Positions 21,975 through 24,000 of a DNA stretch of 24,000 nt are shown one piece after another. Each line of letters opens with the position of its first letter. Within the stretch, counting starts at the first letter, position 1. The position numbers and the translations under genes were made by a program. This DNA is from Christensenellales bacterium (GTDB lineage Bacteria; Bacillota; Clostridia; Christensenellales; UBA1242), in NCBI GenBank assembly GCA_050943075.1, contig JBMNOM010000007.1:1-24000 (forward strand), given 5' to 3'. The notes beneath the pieces are model-generated. The model ran no database searches. It saw only the letters and a program-made list of their open reading frames with translations, and was not told the DNA's origin.

Positions 21975-24000
21975 TTACATATACCATTTTGCTTTATTTG
22001 TGGTTTCGCTACTTGTGTTTTTGGTTTTTAAAAGTTTAACAGGTGCGCTTTCTTCAACAAAGTCTTCCCCAGTTTCATAGTTTTTCATTTTTGTTTTAAG
22101 CACAAATGTGTGCAAGTTGTTTGTTGGCAAACTGCACTTAAATTCCTGTTTGCCTTTTTTGTTTTCAAAAGTGTTAATTAAAATGCCATTCATATAAAGT
22201 TCATAGGTTAAAAAGTTTGTGGCTTCAAATGAAAGCACAGCCATATCATTTTCAATTTTGCCATCTAGGTTGCTTGGGGTAAAACTTAATTTACTAATTG
22301 TGGAAGGCTTTGGCAAATTGTAAATTGAAAACTCGTGTTTTGCGCGCGCTTCTGGTGGCAAAAAGCTGTTTGCTGCAACAATTTGGTGGTTGGTTTCAAG
22401 TTCTTTTAAATCAATTTCAACTTCTTTAATTGTTTCTGGCACTTCAAAATTTTGTGGGGGACGTGAAGCATAAATTTTTTCAAAATAATCTTTTGTCACT
22501 GCAATTGGTGTTGTTCCGCCCACAATGTTGCCAATTGGGCTGTTGTCAAAATTGCCAATCCAAACACCCAAAATGTCTTCAGTGGTGTAGGAAACTGCAA
22601 TTGCGTCATAATTGGTTGATAATTTTCCAACAGTTCCTGTTTTTGATGCAACTTGATATGGCAAGTTTGCAAGTTTTTTGCTTGTGCCGTGTTTGCTGGC
22701 ACTGTTGAGCATTTTGTTCATCAAATATGCTGTGTCTTCGCGGAAAACTTGTTTTGTTTCTTCTTTTGCAATAAACACAATGTTGTTGTCTTTATCTGTG
22801 ATATAACTTATAAATTTTGGTTTAACAAACACACCATTGTTTGAAAACACAGTGTATGCGCCAGTTAAATCCATCAAATTCACCCCATGTGTCATTCCGC
22901 CCAAACTTATGGAATAGTTGTTGTCACTTTGGTCAAAAGTTATGTTTGCTTTTTTTGCATACGCTTTTGCTTTATTAAGCCCAACATAACTCATGGTTTT
23001 AACAGCAGGAATGTTGTATGACTTTTCAATGGCTTCTTGCACAGTTAAATAGCCGTGATATTGCAAGTCGTGGTTTTGAGCTTTATAGCCACTTATGGAA
23101 ATTTCCTCGTCCAAAATTTGTGTGATTGGGGATATGATATTTTCGTTAAGTGCTGGGCCATACACCAAAATTGGCTTTATAACTGACGCTGGCTGGCGTT
23201 GTGTTTTTAAGACCTGAAAATTTCCACCGCCCAAAAATGCTTCAACTTGGCCATTTTTTGCATTTATGCTGATTGCACCATAGTTGTTGCCTTGAAAATC
23301 TGTGTCTTTAATTGTGCTGTTCAAACTCTCTTGTTTTTCTTTATTGTAAAAAGTGTAAATTTTATATCCGCCCAAAGAAATTTGTTTTGCAGGCAAGTTT
23401 AAAATGTTTTCCGCTTCACGAAGTGCAGCTTCTGTGTATGAATTTAAAAAATTTTCTTCTTGTTCTTTTAAATTTAAGTTAATTTCAGTGTTAATTGATT
23501 GGTCAAATTCTTCTTGAGAAATAACTCCATCTTTAAGCATTTCATTTAAAACTAAATTTCGTCTTTTTTTTGCATTTTCAGGTTTTGTGATTGGGGAATA
23601 TCTTGCCGGCGAACTTATAATTCCAGCTAAAAGCGCACTTTCTTCCAAGTTTAAGTCTTTTGCAGATTTTGAAAAATAATGATAAGACGCATTTTCAATG
23701 CCATAGCAGTTGTCGCCAAAGTAAATTATGTTTAAATAATTTTCTAAAATTTGATTTTTATTTAGTGATTTTTCAAGTTCTTTTGTTAAAACAATTTCAT
23801 TCACTTTTCTGGAAATTGTTTTTTGGCTTGAAAGATGTGTGTTTTTAATTAATTGCTGGCTAATTGTGGAAGCGCCTTGTGCCATATTTCTGTTTTTAAC
23901 ATCAAGGTAAAGCGCTTTTAAAATTCTTTTGTAATTTAGTCCCTTGTGTTTGTAAAATTCTTTATCTTCAATGGAAATAAACGCTTGCGGAGTTTTTGGG
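21975..24000 (-). CDS. class A penicillin-binding protein (GT51 glycosyltransferase + transpeptidase), 5' end outside the window
   Basis: The frame stays open from 23885 to the window edge and encodes AFISIEDKEFYKHKGLNYKRILKAL (GT51 EDxxFxxHxG motif), so the track Met at 23885 is internal. It continues with GASTISQQLIKN and RKVNEIVLTKELEK. Transpeptidase motifs are SVIKP (SxxK), SYN (SxN) and KTGT, and a C-terminal tail of about 165 aa follows. Confidence 0.9.
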   Translation of the reverse strand, partial: PKTPQAFISIEDKEFYKHKGLNYKRILKALYLDVKNRNMAQGASTISQQLIKNTHLSSQKTISRKVNEIVLTKELEKSLNKNQILENYLNIIYFGDNCYGIENASYHYFSKSAKDLNLEESALLAGIISSPARYSPITKPENAKKRRNLVLNEMLKDGVISQEEFDQSINTEINLNLKEQEENFLNSYTEAALREAENILNLPAKQISLGGYKIYTFYNKEKQESLNSTIKDTDFQGNNYGAISINAKNGQVEAFLGGGNFQVLKTQRQPASVIKPILVYGPALNENIISPITQILDEEISISGYKAQNHDLQYHGYLTVQEAIEKSYNIPAVKTMSYVGLNKAKAYAKKANITFDQSDNNYSISLGGMTHGVNLMDLTGAYTVFSNNGVFVKPKFISYITDKDNNIVFIAKEETKQVFREDTAYLMNKMLNSASKHGTSKKLANLPYQVASKTGTVGKLSTNYDAIAVSYTTEDILGVWIGNFDNSPIGNIVGGTTPIAVTKDYFEKIYASRPPQNFEVPETIKEVEIDLKELETNHQIVAANSFLPPEARAKHEFSIYNLPKPSTISKLSFTPSNLDGKIENDMAVLSFEATNFLTYELYMNGILINTFENKKGKQEFKCSLPTNNLHTFVLKTKMKNYETGEDFVEESAPVKLLKTKNTSSETTNKAKWYM

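Noticed and set aside
1-24000. CRISPR arrays, tRNA/rRNA genes, transposases, integrases, phage genes, toxin-antitoxin or defence-system genes
   Set aside because: I looked for regularly spaced direct repeats, T-loop GGTTCGA-type motifs and recombinase-like ORFs and found none. All large ORFs are housekeeping genes.

Overview
This is a very AT-rich chromosomal window from a low-GC Bacillota genome. It is probably a Clostridia-like spore-former, given SpoIVB, an FtsW/SpoVE gene in the spoVE position, and Bacillus-like argR-recN-spoIVB and smc-ftsY synteny. Standard code 11 reads cleanly.

Gene order, left to right:
- a small YtxH-like ORF missed by the ORF track
- ruvX and a DUF1292 gene (yrrK-yrzB-like pair)
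- a tiny Ser/Thr/Arg-rich ORF with its own Shine-Dalgarno (SD) ribosome-binding site and terminator
- an orphan NMT1/SsuA-type solute-binding protein (-)
- a small 2-TM protein
- rnhA (-)
- a uridine-kinase-like P-loop protein (-)
- a cut-down dcw block, murE-mraY-murD-ftsW/spoVE
- argR-recN-spoIVB
- a multipass membrane protein
- smc-ftsY
- a class A PBP (-) that runs off the right edge

The main finding is at 10085-11679. A roughly 570-nt block is about 55% G+C where I hand-counted it, against about 17% in the flanking spacer. It has no credible ORF, a near-consensus promoter, an intrinsic terminator, a closing helix that joins its two ends, and many stems containing G-U pairs that form only on the + strand. 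A 217-aa four-TM protein carrying a DxxxD motif follows it, with argR-recN further downstream. This matches what I recall of the OLE (ornate, large, extremophilic) RNA / oapA locus. I cannot run a covariance model, so the class assignment is provisional. If it fails, this is an unclassified large structured RNA with a dedicated membrane partner.

Secondary observations:
- an unexplained 640-nt non-coding spacer between oapA and argR, with ARG-box-like operators at its 3' end
- a family of CA-arm/TG-arm hairpin repeats at gene 3' ends, including an exact 20-nt duplicate
- a perfect 25-bp palindrome
- a His-rich tag on the DUF1292 protein

No CRISPR arrays, tRNA/rRNA genes or mobile elements were seen.
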